Positions 10,063 to 20,291 are shown, numbered from the stretch's first letter. The stretch: DNA of 64,000 nt from Oligoflexales bacterium (GCA_045105515.1 JBGCDR010000108.1:1-64000); one strand, 5' to 3'. Made by a program: numbers and translations. The notes: generated by a model from the sequence alone, not told the origin.

Positions 10063-10971
10063 CTAGGTGTAACTACCAGGGCTTGTGCATAAGTAATTTC
10101 GCCAAAATGCACTACCCTTAGTATACGAATCAGCATGACTAAAAATGCATGCATAGTCATTTGCAATTTTGCTCCACGCTTGGCTTGCTAAAGTATTAGA
10201 TGCAATGCTTGATGCAACATTCTGCTGCATCACTAGTTTGGGTACGTTCTTATCTAACGGAACAAATCCCTTGTAATTCACATTAATTTTAAGAAAACTG
10301 GAACAAGTTGAAATAATACGACTTGCGACACTTTCAGCTTCATTTCTAGAGTTAGCCATATTAACCATTAAGTCGAAGTTTTCTATCCCTTCCTTCTCGT
10401 TAAGAACTTTTATCAATGCATAAGCGTCAGTGATAGCATGGGGTTCAGGGGTTGTTACGATAAGTCGAGAATCACTGATAGAGCTTAAATGAAGAACATT
10501 GTCACCAATACCAGCTCCAGTATCGATTAAAAGAAAATCAAAATCTATATTTAGGAGTAGAATTTTTTGGAGTAGAATTTGCTTTTGTGTGTATGATAGG
10601 TTTTGGAGTTCACTGATACCTGATCCCGAAGGAATTATATTAATGCCGCTTGGTCCTCTTAAGATGATCTCGTCAAGGGAAACAAAGCCTTCGATAACAT
10701 CTTGAATATGATATTGACTCTGTAATCCAAGGACTACATCTACATTGGCTAAACCAAGATCACCATCAAGAATAAGAACTTTTAAACCCATGTGACTTAC
10801 GGCCATTGCTAAGTTGACGATTGTTAAAGTCTTCCCAACTCCACCTTTTCCGCTAGCAACACTCAATGAAAAAAAACTTTTGCCTTGCTTCTTTGCATTT
10901 TCTGACAAGTCGTCAAGATTTGCATCCAAGTGATAGGCGCATCTGTCCTTTTCTAATTCACTCATCGGCAC
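10063..10971 (-). CDS. flhG: MinD/ParA-family flagellar number regulator FlhG
   Basis: SGKGGVGKT, DGDLGLANVD, DTGAG, TPEPHAITDAY; lies between flhF and fliA. Confidence 0.93.
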   Translation of the reverse strand: MPMSELEKDRCAYHLDANLDDLSENAKKQGKSFFSLSVASGKGGVGKTLTIVNLAMAVSHMGLKVLILDGDLGLANVDVVLGLQSQYHIQDVIEGFVSLDEIILRGPSGINIIPSGSGISELQNLSYTQKQILLQKILLLNIDFDFLLIDTGAGIGDNVLHLSSISDSRLIVTTPEPHAITDAYALIKVLNEKEGIENFDLMVNMANSRNEAESVASRIISTCSSFLKINVNYKGFVPLDKNVPKLVMQQNVASSIASNTLASQAWSKIANDYACIFSHADSYTKGSAFWRNYLCTSPGSYT

Positions 10972-11040
10972 ATCCTGGAAAAATATTTAGCCCGAGGTAG
11001 TCTAAGGTAAATTGCATAACGAAATTTGCTTGTTATCATC

Positions 11041-12222
11041 TTAAAGCCCAAATAATCTCTCAATGACTCGTTCCCTACTTGCTTGTTCTAGGTCATCTGG
11101 AACCTTTGGTCCCGTTGAAAAATAACTAAGTGGAAGTGACCACTTACTTACTAAGTTATACATTTCACCATATGTCCAGCTTTCATCGAGTTTACTGAAG
11201 ACGATGCTATGGATACCAATTGGTGAAAAACTATTTACTGTTCGATCCATTTGTCTATTATTTTCTGTCAAAGATAAAACCAAATGCACATCTATAGGAA
11301 AAGGTTTTTCTTTTAAATCTAGCAAGGGTTTTAGGTCTGATTGAGACTTAGGAACCCCACCTTTTGTATCTATCAATATCAGCTCACAATGCCTATACTT
11401 AAGCACAATTTTTTCAATCTCTTCTGGTTTCTCAATCATAACATGATTAATTCCGAGCACCTTGGCATAGACAGCAAGAACATCGTTTGCAGCAAGACAA
11501 TTGTTATCATAACTTACGAGTAAGACATTGGCTTTTTCTTTGTTTTGAAAATATGCCGCAATTTTAGCAACGGTACACGATTTACCTACTCCACTTCCTC
11601 CACAAAAAAGATGAATTTGCGAGTGGCCTTTAGTTAATTTGATCTTTGGGTAGATCTTGATCTTTTGAAACATGTATCTGATCGCATGAGATTTCATATA
11701 TTCTTCAGCTGATTCGCCTGCAACCTTACTCCCTTCTTCGAAGTTCGGAAGCGATTTAAGATGATTGAGAATTGCAAAAAGATAAGTTTCTTCAAGACCC
11801 ATCAGCTTTAGTTGTTCATATATTGGTTCGAAGTGCCCCGGCATTTCTCCTGAGAACTGATTTGGAAGTTGTCGTATTGCGTGGGTGCAAAGCAATTTCA
11901 GTTCTTTAAGTCCTGACTCAAGCAGGTTTACTTGTGGTTTACTCGCCATTCGCTCCAATACTGTGCTTATCTGCCTTTCCAGTTTTCCAATTCTCGAATC
12001 TACTTCTTCAATCCCGGAAATGTCGAGGATCGGAGGAGCAGCATATGCTCCTTTTTTTTCCCCATCTTCACTAACTGCTGCTTTGACTTCTATGACCTTA
12101 GTATTGCCATTTTCAATAACTTTCTCTTTGGTTGATAAGATGACTGCATCCGAACCAAATTGCTTTTTTATTTGTTGGACAGCCTCACGCATAGAAAAGG
12201 CCTCAAAAGTTTTGATTTGCAT
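11041..12222 (-). CDS. flhF: Flagellar SRP-type GTPase FlhF (divergent motifs)
   Basis: MQIKTFEA..MREA..IKKQFGSDAVIL N-terminus, GxxGVGK, SKLDE, G.KVPDDL; position after flhA. Confidence 0.9.
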   Translation of the reverse strand: MQIKTFEAFSMREAVQQIKKQFGSDAVILSTKEKVIENGNTKVIEVKAAVSEDGEKKGAYAAPPILDISGIEEVDSRIGKLERQISTVLERMASKPQVNLLESGLKELKLLCTHAIRQLPNQFSGEMPGHFEPIYEQLKLMGLEETYLFAILNHLKSLPNFEEGSKVAGESAEEYMKSHAIRYMFQKIKIYPKIKLTKGHSQIHLFCGGSGVGKSCTVAKIAAYFQNKEKANVLLVSYDNNCLAANDVLAVYAKVLGINHVMIEKPEEIEKIVLKYRHCELILIDTKGGVPKSQSDLKPLLDLKEKPFPIDVHLVLSLTENNRQMDRTVNSFSPIGIHSIVFSKLDESWTYGEMYNLVSKWSLPLSYFSTGPKVPDDLEQASRERVIERLFGL

Positions 12223-12234
12223 AGTTATTTCTTT

Positions 12235-14331
12235 CTATTCAAGGTTTATAGTCATTAAATTATTTGTTTTAATGTCAGCTGGAACTTCATCAAAAGCAAG
12301 GACAGTTAGTCCTGGGATAAATCTTTCTATGAGCTTTTTTAAGTCCCATCGTAACTGTGCACCACACAATAAAAGCGGAATGGTCCCAGTACGTTCAAAT
12401 TGACCCATAGACTCTGCGATACGATTAAGTAGCTTTTGGGCAAGGTTGGGTTCAATATTCAAAGAAGTAGACCCATTTTCATGTTGCTGAATACTCGAAA
12501 CTAACAAGTCTTCGATTGCACGATCAAGAGTGGTTATAAAGAGGGTCTCCTGGTCACCAAGATATTTTCTAACGATTCCCCTTCCAAGGGCTCTTCGAGC
12601 AAATCTAGTCAAGATATCAGCATTTTTTACCTGTTTAGAATGATCAGCAACGCTTTCAAAGATGCTAAGCATATCTCTTATGCTAACTCCCTCTTTGAGC
12701 AAATTTTGGAGAATTTTTACCATAGTCCCTAAATTGACCCCCTCAGGAGAAAGAACTTCTTCCACAACTTTGGGTGATTTGTCCCTAAGGCCATCAATCA
12801 AATTCTGGGTTTCTTGCCTACCAATCAGATCATGTGCATGGTCTTGAATCACCTTAGTGAGATGAGTCACAATCACGGTTGAGCAGTTAACAACTGTGTA
12901 TCCTTTAAAGGTTACTTCATCTTTTTGGCTTGGTTTGATCCAATAAGCATCTAGTCCATAGGCTGGCTCTTTAGTTTTAAGTCCGTCAATTGCTTCAAAG
13001 GCTTCTTCCGGGGCCATCGCTAATTCATGCTCCACCAGTAAAGAGCCTTTGGCAATAGGTTGTCCTTTTAGCAAGACTTGGTACTCACCAGGTTTTAGTT
13101 GAATGTTATCTCTGACCATAACCATAGGAACGATAATGCCCATGTCCTGTGCGAATTGTTTACGTGAAGAAACGATACGTTCTAAGATTTCTCCGTCTTG
13201 ATCGGAATCAACCAATGGAATGAGGCCTACACCAACCTCAAGGGCTAAAGTGTCAACATGCAGAAGATTTTCAATTGAATCAGATTTTTGTTCGCTGCGG
13301 TTTTTTGCCTCAGCTTTTGCTGAGGCAGCAAGGTCCCTGCGCTCATGTTCTTTACTAGCATAATTTCCAAAGATATAGAAAATAACCGCTAATGATAAAA
13401 ATGAAAGGGCAGGAAGACCTGGCATCATAGACATTAAAACTAGGAGCCCAGAACAAATATATAGAGCGATTGGATGAAGGATAAGCTGGGCTGATAAATC
13501 ACTTGATAGGCGGCTATCACCACTTGCGCGAGTAACAACAATACCAGCAGCAACAGAAATGATAATAGATGGTATTTGAGAGACAAGACCATCACCAACG
13601 GTTAGTAGGGTATAAACTTGGGAAGCTCGGGCAAAAGTCATATCATGTTGAAGTACACCTAAAGCGAGGCCTACTATTATATTAATTCCGGTAATGACAA
13701 TACCAGCAATAGCATCACCTCGAACAAACTTTGATGCTCCATCCATAGAACCATAAAAATCTGCTTCTTCTTCTATTTTTGTTCTGCGAGTTTTTGCTTC
13801 TTCTCGGTCAATAACTCCAGCATTAAGGTCTGCATCAATAGACATTTGCTTGCCAGGCATAGCATCTAAGGTGAACCTTGCGCCAACTTCAGCTACTCGA
13901 CCAGCACCCTTAGTAATAACGAGAAAATTGATGATAACTAGAATTAAGAATATAACAAATCCGACAAAATAGTTTCCACCGACTACGAAGTTTCCGAAAG
14001 AGGAAATAACATTACTTACCCCACCAGAGGCACCTTCTAAAAGGATATTTCTTGTGGTAGCTACATTAAGAGCAAGACGAAATAAAGTAGCTAGTAGTAA
14101 AAACGTCGGAAAAGTAGAAAAATCTAAAGGCTCTTTTATATATATTGCAATCAAAAGAACCAAAAAACCTATAGTAATTGATAAGGAAAGAAGTACATCC
14201 AAAAGTAGTGGAGGTAATGGAATAAATAGCATAAAAATGATGCAAATGAGAGCAATAGCAAACTGGACATCAGGACTTTTAAGCATACCGAGTAATGTAT
14301 TTGGTGAGTTTGTGCTATGACCAATTGCCAT
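12235..14331 (-). CDS. flhA: Flagellar export gate protein FlhA
   Basis: LFRLALNVATTR, RVAEVGARFTLDAMPGKQMSIDADL, FYGSMDGASKFVRGDAIAG. Confidence 0.98.
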   Translation of the reverse strand: MAIGHSTNSPNTLLGMLKSPDVQFAIALICIIFMLFIPLPPLLLDVLLSLSITIGFLVLLIAIYIKEPLDFSTFPTFLLLATLFRLALNVATTRNILLEGASGGVSNVISSFGNFVVGGNYFVGFVIFLILVIINFLVITKGAGRVAEVGARFTLDAMPGKQMSIDADLNAGVIDREEAKTRRTKIEEEADFYGSMDGASKFVRGDAIAGIVITGINIIVGLALGVLQHDMTFARASQVYTLLTVGDGLVSQIPSIIISVAAGIVVTRASGDSRLSSDLSAQLILHPIALYICSGLLVLMSMMPGLPALSFLSLAVIFYIFGNYASKEHERRDLAASAKAEAKNRSEQKSDSIENLLHVDTLALEVGVGLIPLVDSDQDGEILERIVSSRKQFAQDMGIIVPMVMVRDNIQLKPGEYQVLLKGQPIAKGSLLVEHELAMAPEEAFEAIDGLKTKEPAYGLDAYWIKPSQKDEVTFKGYTVVNCSTVIVTHLTKVIQDHAHDLIGRQETQNLIDGLRDKSPKVVEEVLSPEGVNLGTMVKILQNLLKEGVSIRDMLSIFESVADHSKQVKNADILTRFARRALGRGIVRKYLGDQETLFITTLDRAIEDLLVSSIQQHENGSTSLNIEPNLAQKLLNRIAESMGQFERTGTIPLLLCGAQLRWDLKKLIERFIPGLTVLAFDEVPADIKTNNLMTINLE

Positions 14332-14333
14332 GT

Positions 14334-15422
14334 TTACTGCTTTCTATCTTGTTTAACTTTGATACCTTTTAATCTGAAAACGTAGCGTATAACTTCTGAA
14401 ACAGCTTTATAAAGTGAGTGAGGTATTTCTGAATCTACTTCTGCAGTCTTATATAGAGCTCTCGCTAAAGGCCGGTTTTCGACTAAAGGAATATCATATT
14501 TTTTAGCAAGTTCACGCATGTTGAGAGCGATAAAATCCACACCTTTAGCTAGAACTAAGGGAGCATCCATTCCGATCTCATATTTTAGGGCAACAGCATA
14601 ATGAGTTGGGTTAGTGATAATTACTGTAGCTTCCTTAGTTGCTTCTATGGTTTTTCCAAGGCTAAATTCTCTCTGTAATCGTCGCATTTTTCCTTTAATC
14701 TGAGGATTGAGTTCCCTTTGTTTGTACTCATCCTTTACCTCTTGTTTTGTCATTTTCATTTTGTTTTCGAGGGTGAAATATGTGTATATGTAGTCGACAG
14801 TTGCGATAAGAAATAAGAATATAGATACAGACCAAAACATTAGTTTTGAAATGGAACCCCAGTATTCCCAGGTGCTACCAAGGGGAACTTTCATTAGACC
14901 AGGTATCTTGGCTCGTTCTCCATAAAGGATTAAGTAAGAAATAACTCCTACTGCGAGCATTTTTCCTATGCTTTTGCCCAGCTCTAATAAGGCTTGGCCT
15001 GAGACCATGCGTTTTAAGCCGGCAAGTGGATTCATACGGCCAAAGTTTGGCTTGAGCTTTTGAAATGATATGCTTATTCGGGTTTGTGCGAAGGTAACTG
15101 TGGCAGCTGCAATTAAAGAAACGGCAGTAATAGGAATGACAACCTCCAGAAAATTCATCCAAATTGATGTGAAATAGCTTGGAAAATTCTCAGGACTAAT
15201 ACGCAGATTGGTGATTAACTCGAATTGAATGGTAAACATTCTTGCGAGTTTATTAAATCCTTGAATGGCAAAGAAACTGAGAAAGGCAACTGCTGAAACG
15301 AGAACAAGTGTGGAAGTGATTTCACGTGAGTAAGCAATTTCACCACGGTTGCGAAATTCTTGCCGACGTTCGTCGGTGGGGTCTTCGGTCTTTTCTTGGC
15401 CATCTTCATTTTCTTCAGCCAA
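14334..15422 (-). CDS. flhB: Flagellar export protein FlhB
   Basis: EKTEDPT, KMTKQEVKDE, NPTH autocleavage motif; TTG start. Confidence 0.97.
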   Translation of the reverse strand: MAEENEDGQEKTEDPTDERRQEFRNRGEIAYSREITSTLVLVSAVAFLSFFAIQGFNKLARMFTIQFELITNLRISPENFPSYFTSIWMNFLEVVIPITAVSLIAAATVTFAQTRISISFQKLKPNFGRMNPLAGLKRMVSGQALLELGKSIGKMLAVGVISYLILYGERAKIPGLMKVPLGSTWEYWGSISKLMFWSVSIFLFLIATVDYIYTYFTLENKMKMTKQEVKDEYKQRELNPQIKGKMRRLQREFSLGKTIEATKEATVIITNPTHYAVALKYEIGMDAPLVLAKGVDFIALNMRELAKKYDIPLVENRPLARALYKTAEVDSEIPHSLYKAVSEVIRYVFRLKGIKVKQDRKQ

Positions 15423-15450
15423 TGGTAGTCCTTATTGTTTTTAATTGCAA

Positions 15451-15680
15451 AGATCTCTCCACTCACTGGGTTCGGTCGAGATGACAGGAAAAGCTATCCC
15501 GAAGCTTTGTTATTCATCCCGAACCTTGTTAGTCATCTCGAACCTTGTTAGTCATCCCGAACCTTGTTAGTCATCCCGAACCTTGTTATTCATCCCGAAC
15601 CTTGTTATTCATCCCGAACCTTGTTATTCATCCCGAACCTTGTTATTCATCCCGAAGCCTGTCGAGGGATCCCCCCCCCC
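15451..15680. repeat. REP-like element pair with 19-bp tandem array between fliR and flhB
   Basis: Inverted copy AGATCTCTCC...TCGAGATGACA (15451-15486); seven 19-bp units TCATCyCGAACCTTGTTAk starting at 15514; terminal TCATCCCGAAGCCTGTCGAGGGATC followed by a C10 run. Confidence 0.9.
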
Positions 15681-15699
15681 GATCAAAATGATAATCTAA

Positions 15700-16479
15700 T
15701 TATTTAGCCAACATGAACAATGCATTCAAAAATCCAATTGCTTGATTCTTATAGTAAACGTTTAGCCATTCGGGTAAAAAAGGGCTCATCGCAGCATATA
15801 TTGCTAAACCTACAAAAAAACTAATGGGAAAACTCAAAGTAAAAACATTCATTTGTGGCACCGTACGAGCCATAAGACCGAGAGCTGACATAGTAAATAA
15901 CAGAGCCACTAAAATAGGTGCCGACAGCTGGAGTGCAGTAGAGAAAATTTGGGCACTACTTTTCAGCATTGTAGCCCCCAGTGCCGGAGTTATAATGCTA
16001 CTACCAGCAGGGATGATTTCAAAAGATTGAATAATACCGTTGATAAAAATATAGTGTAAGCTTAGGCTCAAAAAAAATAGGAGAACAATGATTCGGTGCA
16101 ATGCAGTGAATGCATTTATTTGTACATCACTTCCAGGCATCAGTAGATTAGCTGTACCAAAACCCATCTGATATCCAACTAAGCTAGCAGCCATAACAAT
16201 GCCTTCGAAGATGAGTTTTCCTAAATAACCAACGCTTAAGCCAATGAGAAGTTCTCGCAACATCATTCCCGAGATTCCTAGCACGGAAAGGTCGAAGTTA
16301 TGGCCCCAACTTATGGGAACGAGTGGATAAATACCAAGAGCTAGTGCTCCTGCACAAAGTATGCGTACTTGAACTGGAATCACTAGATCACCAAAAAACG
16401 GTAAGCCGAAAAAAAGTCCAGTTATCCTTAGGAATACCAAGCTTGCTCGAATAAAGGTGTCAACTTCAAGATAAAACAT
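15700..16479 (-). CDS. fliR: Flagellar export protein FliR
   Basis: FLRITGLF, GYQMGF, ARTVPQMNVF; multiple TM helices; synteny. Confidence 0.95.
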   Translation of the reverse strand: MFYLEVDTFIRASLVFLRITGLFFGLPFFGDLVIPVQVRILCAGALALGIYPLVPISWGHNFDLSVLGISGMMLRELLIGLSVGYLGKLIFEGIVMAASLVGYQMGFGTANLLMPGSDVQINAFTALHRIIVLLFFLSLSLHYIFINGIIQSFEIIPAGSSIITPALGATMLKSSAQIFSTALQLSAPILVALLFTMSALGLMARTVPQMNVFTLSFPISFFVGLAIYAAMSPFLPEWLNVYYKNQAIGFLNALFMLAK

Positions 16480-16493
16480 CTTTTACCACTTTC

Positions 16494-16763
16494 TTAGTGG
16501 GTGATTCCTGGTATCTGGGCAAAAAGATTCTTTGTAAAGAAGATCATAGTTTGCAAAATCCAAGAACCCGTCAAAAATAGAACCGCTGTCATGGCAATAA
16601 TCTTCGGAATAAAAGATAGAGTCTGTTCATTAATCTGAGTTGCTGCTTGAAATAAGCTGACTAGAAAACCTGTAATCATAATAGTTAATAGTGCGGGAGC
16701 AGCTATCTTCATAGAAATAATTGCCGATTGAGAACCAATGTCTATCACGGATTGGGGAGACAT
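16494..16763 (-). CDS. fliQ: Flagellar export protein FliQ
   Basis: GFLVSLFQAATQINEQTLSFIPKI; ATG 16763 after AGGAGG (ORF track extends to 16784). Confidence 0.96.
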   Translation of the reverse strand: MSPQSVIDIGSQSAIISMKIAAPALLTIMITGFLVSLFQAATQINEQTLSFIPKIIAMTAVLFLTGSWILQTMIFFTKNLFAQIPGITH

Positions 16764-16776
16764 GACTTTTATCCTC

Positions 16777-17550
16777 CTAGCCAAAAATCTGGAAACTTTT
16801 CATAATTGAGGAAACTATAAGGGACCAACCGTCTACGAGAACAAATAGTACCAGCTTAAAAGGTAATGATACGACCGTCGGTGGTAACATCATCATTCCC
16901 ATAGCCATAAGGATAGAAGAGATTACCATATCGATTACGAGAAAAGGTACATAAATTAGAAAACCAATTTGAAATGCTGTTTTCAGCTCACTGATCATAA
17001 ATGCAGGCATCAATATAGTCATCGGAACATCGGACTCAGCCTGTGGCTTAGGTGTTTTTGATACCTCAAAGAATAAGCCAAGATCGTCTTTGCGGGTTTC
17101 GTGAAGCATAAATTTTCTTACTGGGCCTATTAGTTGATCAAAAGCAGTATCTTGATCGATTTTTTTTTCCATATAAGGCGTAATTGCATTTTTCTCAACA
17201 GCATTCCATACTGGAGACATTGAAAACATAGTTAAAAATAAGGAAAGACCAAGGATTACTTGATTAGGAGGCATAGTTTGTGTACCAAGTGCTTGGCGTA
17301 CAAAACTTAAAACTATCAAAATACGGGTGAATGAAGTCATCATCAAAAGTATGGCTGGTGCAATAGATAAGATGGTGAGGATAGAAATAATCTTCATTGC
17401 AGGCACAACACTATCAGCCCCATCTGTTTCCTTAAGGTTTAACTCAAGACTTGGTATTTTTACCTCAGAAAAAGCATAAGTCGACAACAACATAATACCA
17501 ATTGTTAACAGAATAAATATGCTAGACTGGGATTTTATGCTTTTCAGCAT
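16777..17550 (-). CDS. fliP: Flagellar export protein FliP
   Basis: MTSFTRI, PPNQV, PAFMISELKTAFQIGF, MGMMMLPP, LFVLVDGW. Confidence 0.98.
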   Translation of the reverse strand: MLKSIKSQSSIFILLTIGIMLLSTYAFSEVKIPSLELNLKETDGADSVVPAMKIISILTILSIAPAILLMMTSFTRILIVLSFVRQALGTQTMPPNQVILGLSLFLTMFSMSPVWNAVEKNAITPYMEKKIDQDTAFDQLIGPVRKFMLHETRKDDLGLFFEVSKTPKPQAESDVPMTILMPAFMISELKTAFQIGFLIYVPFLVIDMVISSILMAMGMMMLPPTVVSLPFKLVLFVLVDGWSLIVSSIMKSFQIFG

Positions 17551-17565
17551 TAGACGATCCTTAGT

Positions 17566-18873
17566 TTATATTTTAGGTAAAGACTTTAGTTTGTCTCTAA
17601 TTAATTGGGTCACGTCATCTATGGCTTTTTGGGTTGTGTTTGATTGTGGAGTCTTTTTTTTCGGTTTAGAAGTTTTATGGATACCGTCATCATCAATAGC
17701 ATATTCGATCTTTTTCTTCGCTTGAGGTTTATTTGCTGTTTTCTGATTTTTCTGAGGAGACGTCTCTACCCTTCGTTGCAATTGTGAAGGTACCTTGCGA
17801 GGAGATTCGAAATTGGTTTCTGTTGCTGGAGCGTTTTTGTGGTTAGGTTGATATTTTGGAGCTTTACTTTCACTTAATTGCTGCTGACGGCCGAGGTTTC
17901 GCATCATAATGGTTTGCATTTTCTCTTTATCAGCTTCTCCAAAACTTGTTTTAGGATTTTCTGGTTTTCTGCTTTTTTCAGGAATATGGGTAATGAGAGA
18001 TATCCCTTCAGGAGAGACTGATAGCAGTAGTTTCTCATGACCTACCTGAACAAGAGATAGCTTCTGTTTTGGAGCTAATACGAGCTGATTCAAAGCTTGC
18101 ATAGGAATATTACCGCGAGGGCTAAGTAATTTCTTATTGATGACTAGTCTTCGCCAAGTAAGGCTTAGTAGTAATAGCAATATCATTGCTATGGAAAAGT
18201 AAGCAGCAATTATGAGCTTAGACCGAAAGGTATCATCATTGCTGTTTGCTATAAGCTCTGAAGGCATAGTCTCGGTATCAAGAGCAAAAGGCTTGTTGGG
18301 TTCTTCAGAATTTTTTGTTTCATTAGGTTTATTTTCAACAGGATTCTTTGAGCCTGACTCACCAGAATCTTGATTCTCTTTTCCGTTAACATTATTGGCA
18401 ATTAATTTAGTTAGGTAATCATGGTTTGCAGTTAAAACGATCCGTTTATTTAGTATGTCAATATCACTTGCTTTCGCAAGTAAGCTAGCTTCTTGGTTGG
18501 TAAAAACTCTGATAACAGCTTCATTATTTTCCGATTGGATCAAAACCATCTTACTGAAATAGGGGCTATCAATATCATAGAATTTTCCAGGTTTTGGAAC
18601 GAGAGTATTTTTAAGGCTAAGTTGTAAGAATGTTCCATGGGATTCAAGATCTATTTTTTTCCATTTTGGTTTCCTGTTTAAATATATTGTAACTATGGAA
18701 AGCTTCTTTCCAGATTCACCTGCTACTTTGTTGATAGATATGAGTTCGTCAGGTTCTTTAGATTCTTTCGCTGCCAGGACTTGATGCTTAGATATGAGGG
18801 AAAGGAAAAAAATTCCAATTAATATTGTGCTGATTGTCAGTCTCAAATTATTTGCTCCTTTGTAAATTCGCAT
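17566..18873 (-). CDS. fliO: FliO with large N-terminal periplasmic (AMIN-like) domain
   Basis: TM helix then LAPKQKLSLVQVGHEKLLLSVS..GISLI (FliO core); lies between fliN and fliP. Confidence 0.8.
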   Translation of the reverse strand: MRIYKGANNLRLTISTILIGIFFLSLISKHQVLAAKESKEPDELISINKVAGESGKKLSIVTIYLNRKPKWKKIDLESHGTFLQLSLKNTLVPKPGKFYDIDSPYFSKMVLIQSENNEAVIRVFTNQEASLLAKASDIDILNKRIVLTANHDYLTKLIANNVNGKENQDSGESGSKNPVENKPNETKNSEEPNKPFALDTETMPSELIANSNDDTFRSKLIIAAYFSIAMILLLLLSLTWRRLVINKKLLSPRGNIPMQALNQLVLAPKQKLSLVQVGHEKLLLSVSPEGISLITHIPEKSRKPENPKTSFGEADKEKMQTIMMRNLGRQQQLSESKAPKYQPNHKNAPATETNFESPRKVPSQLQRRVETSPQKNQKTANKPQAKKKIEYAIDDDGIHKTSKPKKKTPQSNTTQKAIDDVTQLIRDKLKSLPKI

Positions 18874-19302
18874 TTAGGCGCCCTCTCGGTCAATTTCACC
18901 AAGCCCGAATTGAGAGACAACATCTGTGAGCCGAACCCCAAATTTTTCGTTAACAACGACTACCTCACCCATAGCAACCAGCTTGTCGTTGATGAGTATT
19001 TCCATTGGTTCCCCAGCGATTTTATCTAATTCAATAACTGAACCTTGACCAAGCTGGAGCAAATCATTAACCAACATTTTTGTTCTACCAAGCTCCACCG
19101 ATACCTTTAAAGGAACATCAAGGATCATTTTGAGTTTGGAAAAGTCGGTGCGTGCAAGTCTTCCAGATTCTGGGCCGCCGCCGCCACCACCACCACCCGA
19201 GCTAGCTTCTCCTCCACCATCGGAAGTAGCTTCTGCTAAGGCTTGATCAAAATCAGACCCGAGTCCAAAATCTTCAGGTCCCATACCACCGTCATCTGCC
19301 AT
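18874..19302 (-). CDS. fliN: Flagellar motor switch protein FliN
   Basis: [40 protein letters not shown]. Confidence 0.97.
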   Translation of the reverse strand: MADDGGMGPEDFGLGSDFDQALAEATSDGGGEASSGGGGGGGGPESGRLARTDFSKLKMILDVPLKVSVELGRTKMLVNDLLQLGQGSVIELDKIAGEPMEILINDKLVAMGEVVVVNEKFGVRLTDVVSQFGLGEIDREGA

Positions 19303-19320
19303 TTATAACTCCTAAAATGA

Positions 19321-19974
19321 TCATTCAATTAGCATGTCTGTGATGAATATTGATTCGATTTTTTTGTCCATAAATTGGTTTACTCGATTTAGAATTTCAA
19401 GCCGTAGTTGGTCTTTACCGTCTGGTCCAAGTAAAAATTCCCTAGTTTTTCTGCTTGCTACCGATAATACAGCATCTCGTAATTGTGGAAGACGAGCTTC
19501 TATTTCTTTTCTCTGTTCGTCACCTTGTTTGTATTCGAAAGATATTTCTAAACGTAGATACCTATTTTCTAGAGGATTACCAAGGTTTGAATGAAAAGGT
19601 TTTAGCTGGTATGTAGCACCAAAATTAATATCAACAAACGTCTTTTCTTCTTTCGGTGTTGTTGCTTTTTTTAATGCCCCAGCAGCTCCACCACTAGTGT
19701 CTGCACCTTCTTCACCTTCTTTTTTTTCACCTTCAGAACTCTCAGCTTGGGCACCATCAGAGTTTTCTTCGGAAGATTCAGAGCTTTCTCCCTCTGTCGA
19801 ACTTGTTGCTGGTTTTTCTTCTTCGCCCCCAGATAAAAGGAAGAAAGCTGCACCACCTCCAATTCCTACAAGTGCGATGACGGCAACCAGAATAATAATG
19901 AGTTTTTTACTTCCACCCTTAACATCGCCTTCTTGCTGTTCAGCTTCAGTATTCTCTGCATTGTCATCAGCCAT
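19321..19974 (-). CDS. fliL: Flagellar basal body protein FliL
   Basis: KKLIII TM helix, acidic linker, PF..NL, RLPQLRDA, GKDQLRLEI, IFITDMLIE; ATG 19974 after GGAGG. Confidence 0.92.
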   Translation of the reverse strand: MADDNAENTEAEQQEGDVKGGSKKLIIILVAVIALVGIGGGAAFFLLSGGEEEKPATSSTEGESSESSEENSDGAQAESSEGEKKEGEEGADTSGGAAGALKKATTPKEEKTFVDINFGATYQLKPFHSNLGNPLENRYLRLEISFEYKQGDEQRKEIEARLPQLRDAVLSVASRKTREFLLGPDGKDQLRLEILNRVNQFMDKKIESIFITDMLIE

Positions 19975-19999
19975 GCCACAAACCTCCTGTAGTCTGATA

Positions 20000-20015
20000 T
20001 ACAATCCTCGTGCCA
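20000..20015 (-). promoter_or_regulatory. Putative sigma54 promoter of the fliL operon
   Basis: Minus strand reads TGGCACGAGGATTGTA versus consensus TGGCACG-N4-TTGCW (GT instead of GC at -12), 26 nt upstream of the fliL ATG. Confidence 0.6.
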
Positions 20016-20291
20016 ACTAAAATGCGTAATGTGGAAATTATTTCCTATATAAATGCTATAAAGATTGGTTCATGGAATTTGAATTGACACGTTGCTGTCA
20101 AAAATATGGCTATTGCTCCCTGGTGAAGCCATACAATTGACATAGGTAGCAAAAGCCTAGTTGATGAAGTTCTATCGGATTTTGGTAATGAATTATTTTT
20201 TGATCTTAGAAATTGCTTGGGCTTTTTGTATGTTTTACGAATTGATGATTTTATTGTTAAGTCACAAGAAGATCCTATTAAGGAGTTGAGT

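Noticed and set aside
15514..15670. CRISPR array or iteron-type origin
   Set aside because: Contiguous 19-bp units with no spacers, no rep gene, located inside a flagellar operon, and derived from the REP-like element.
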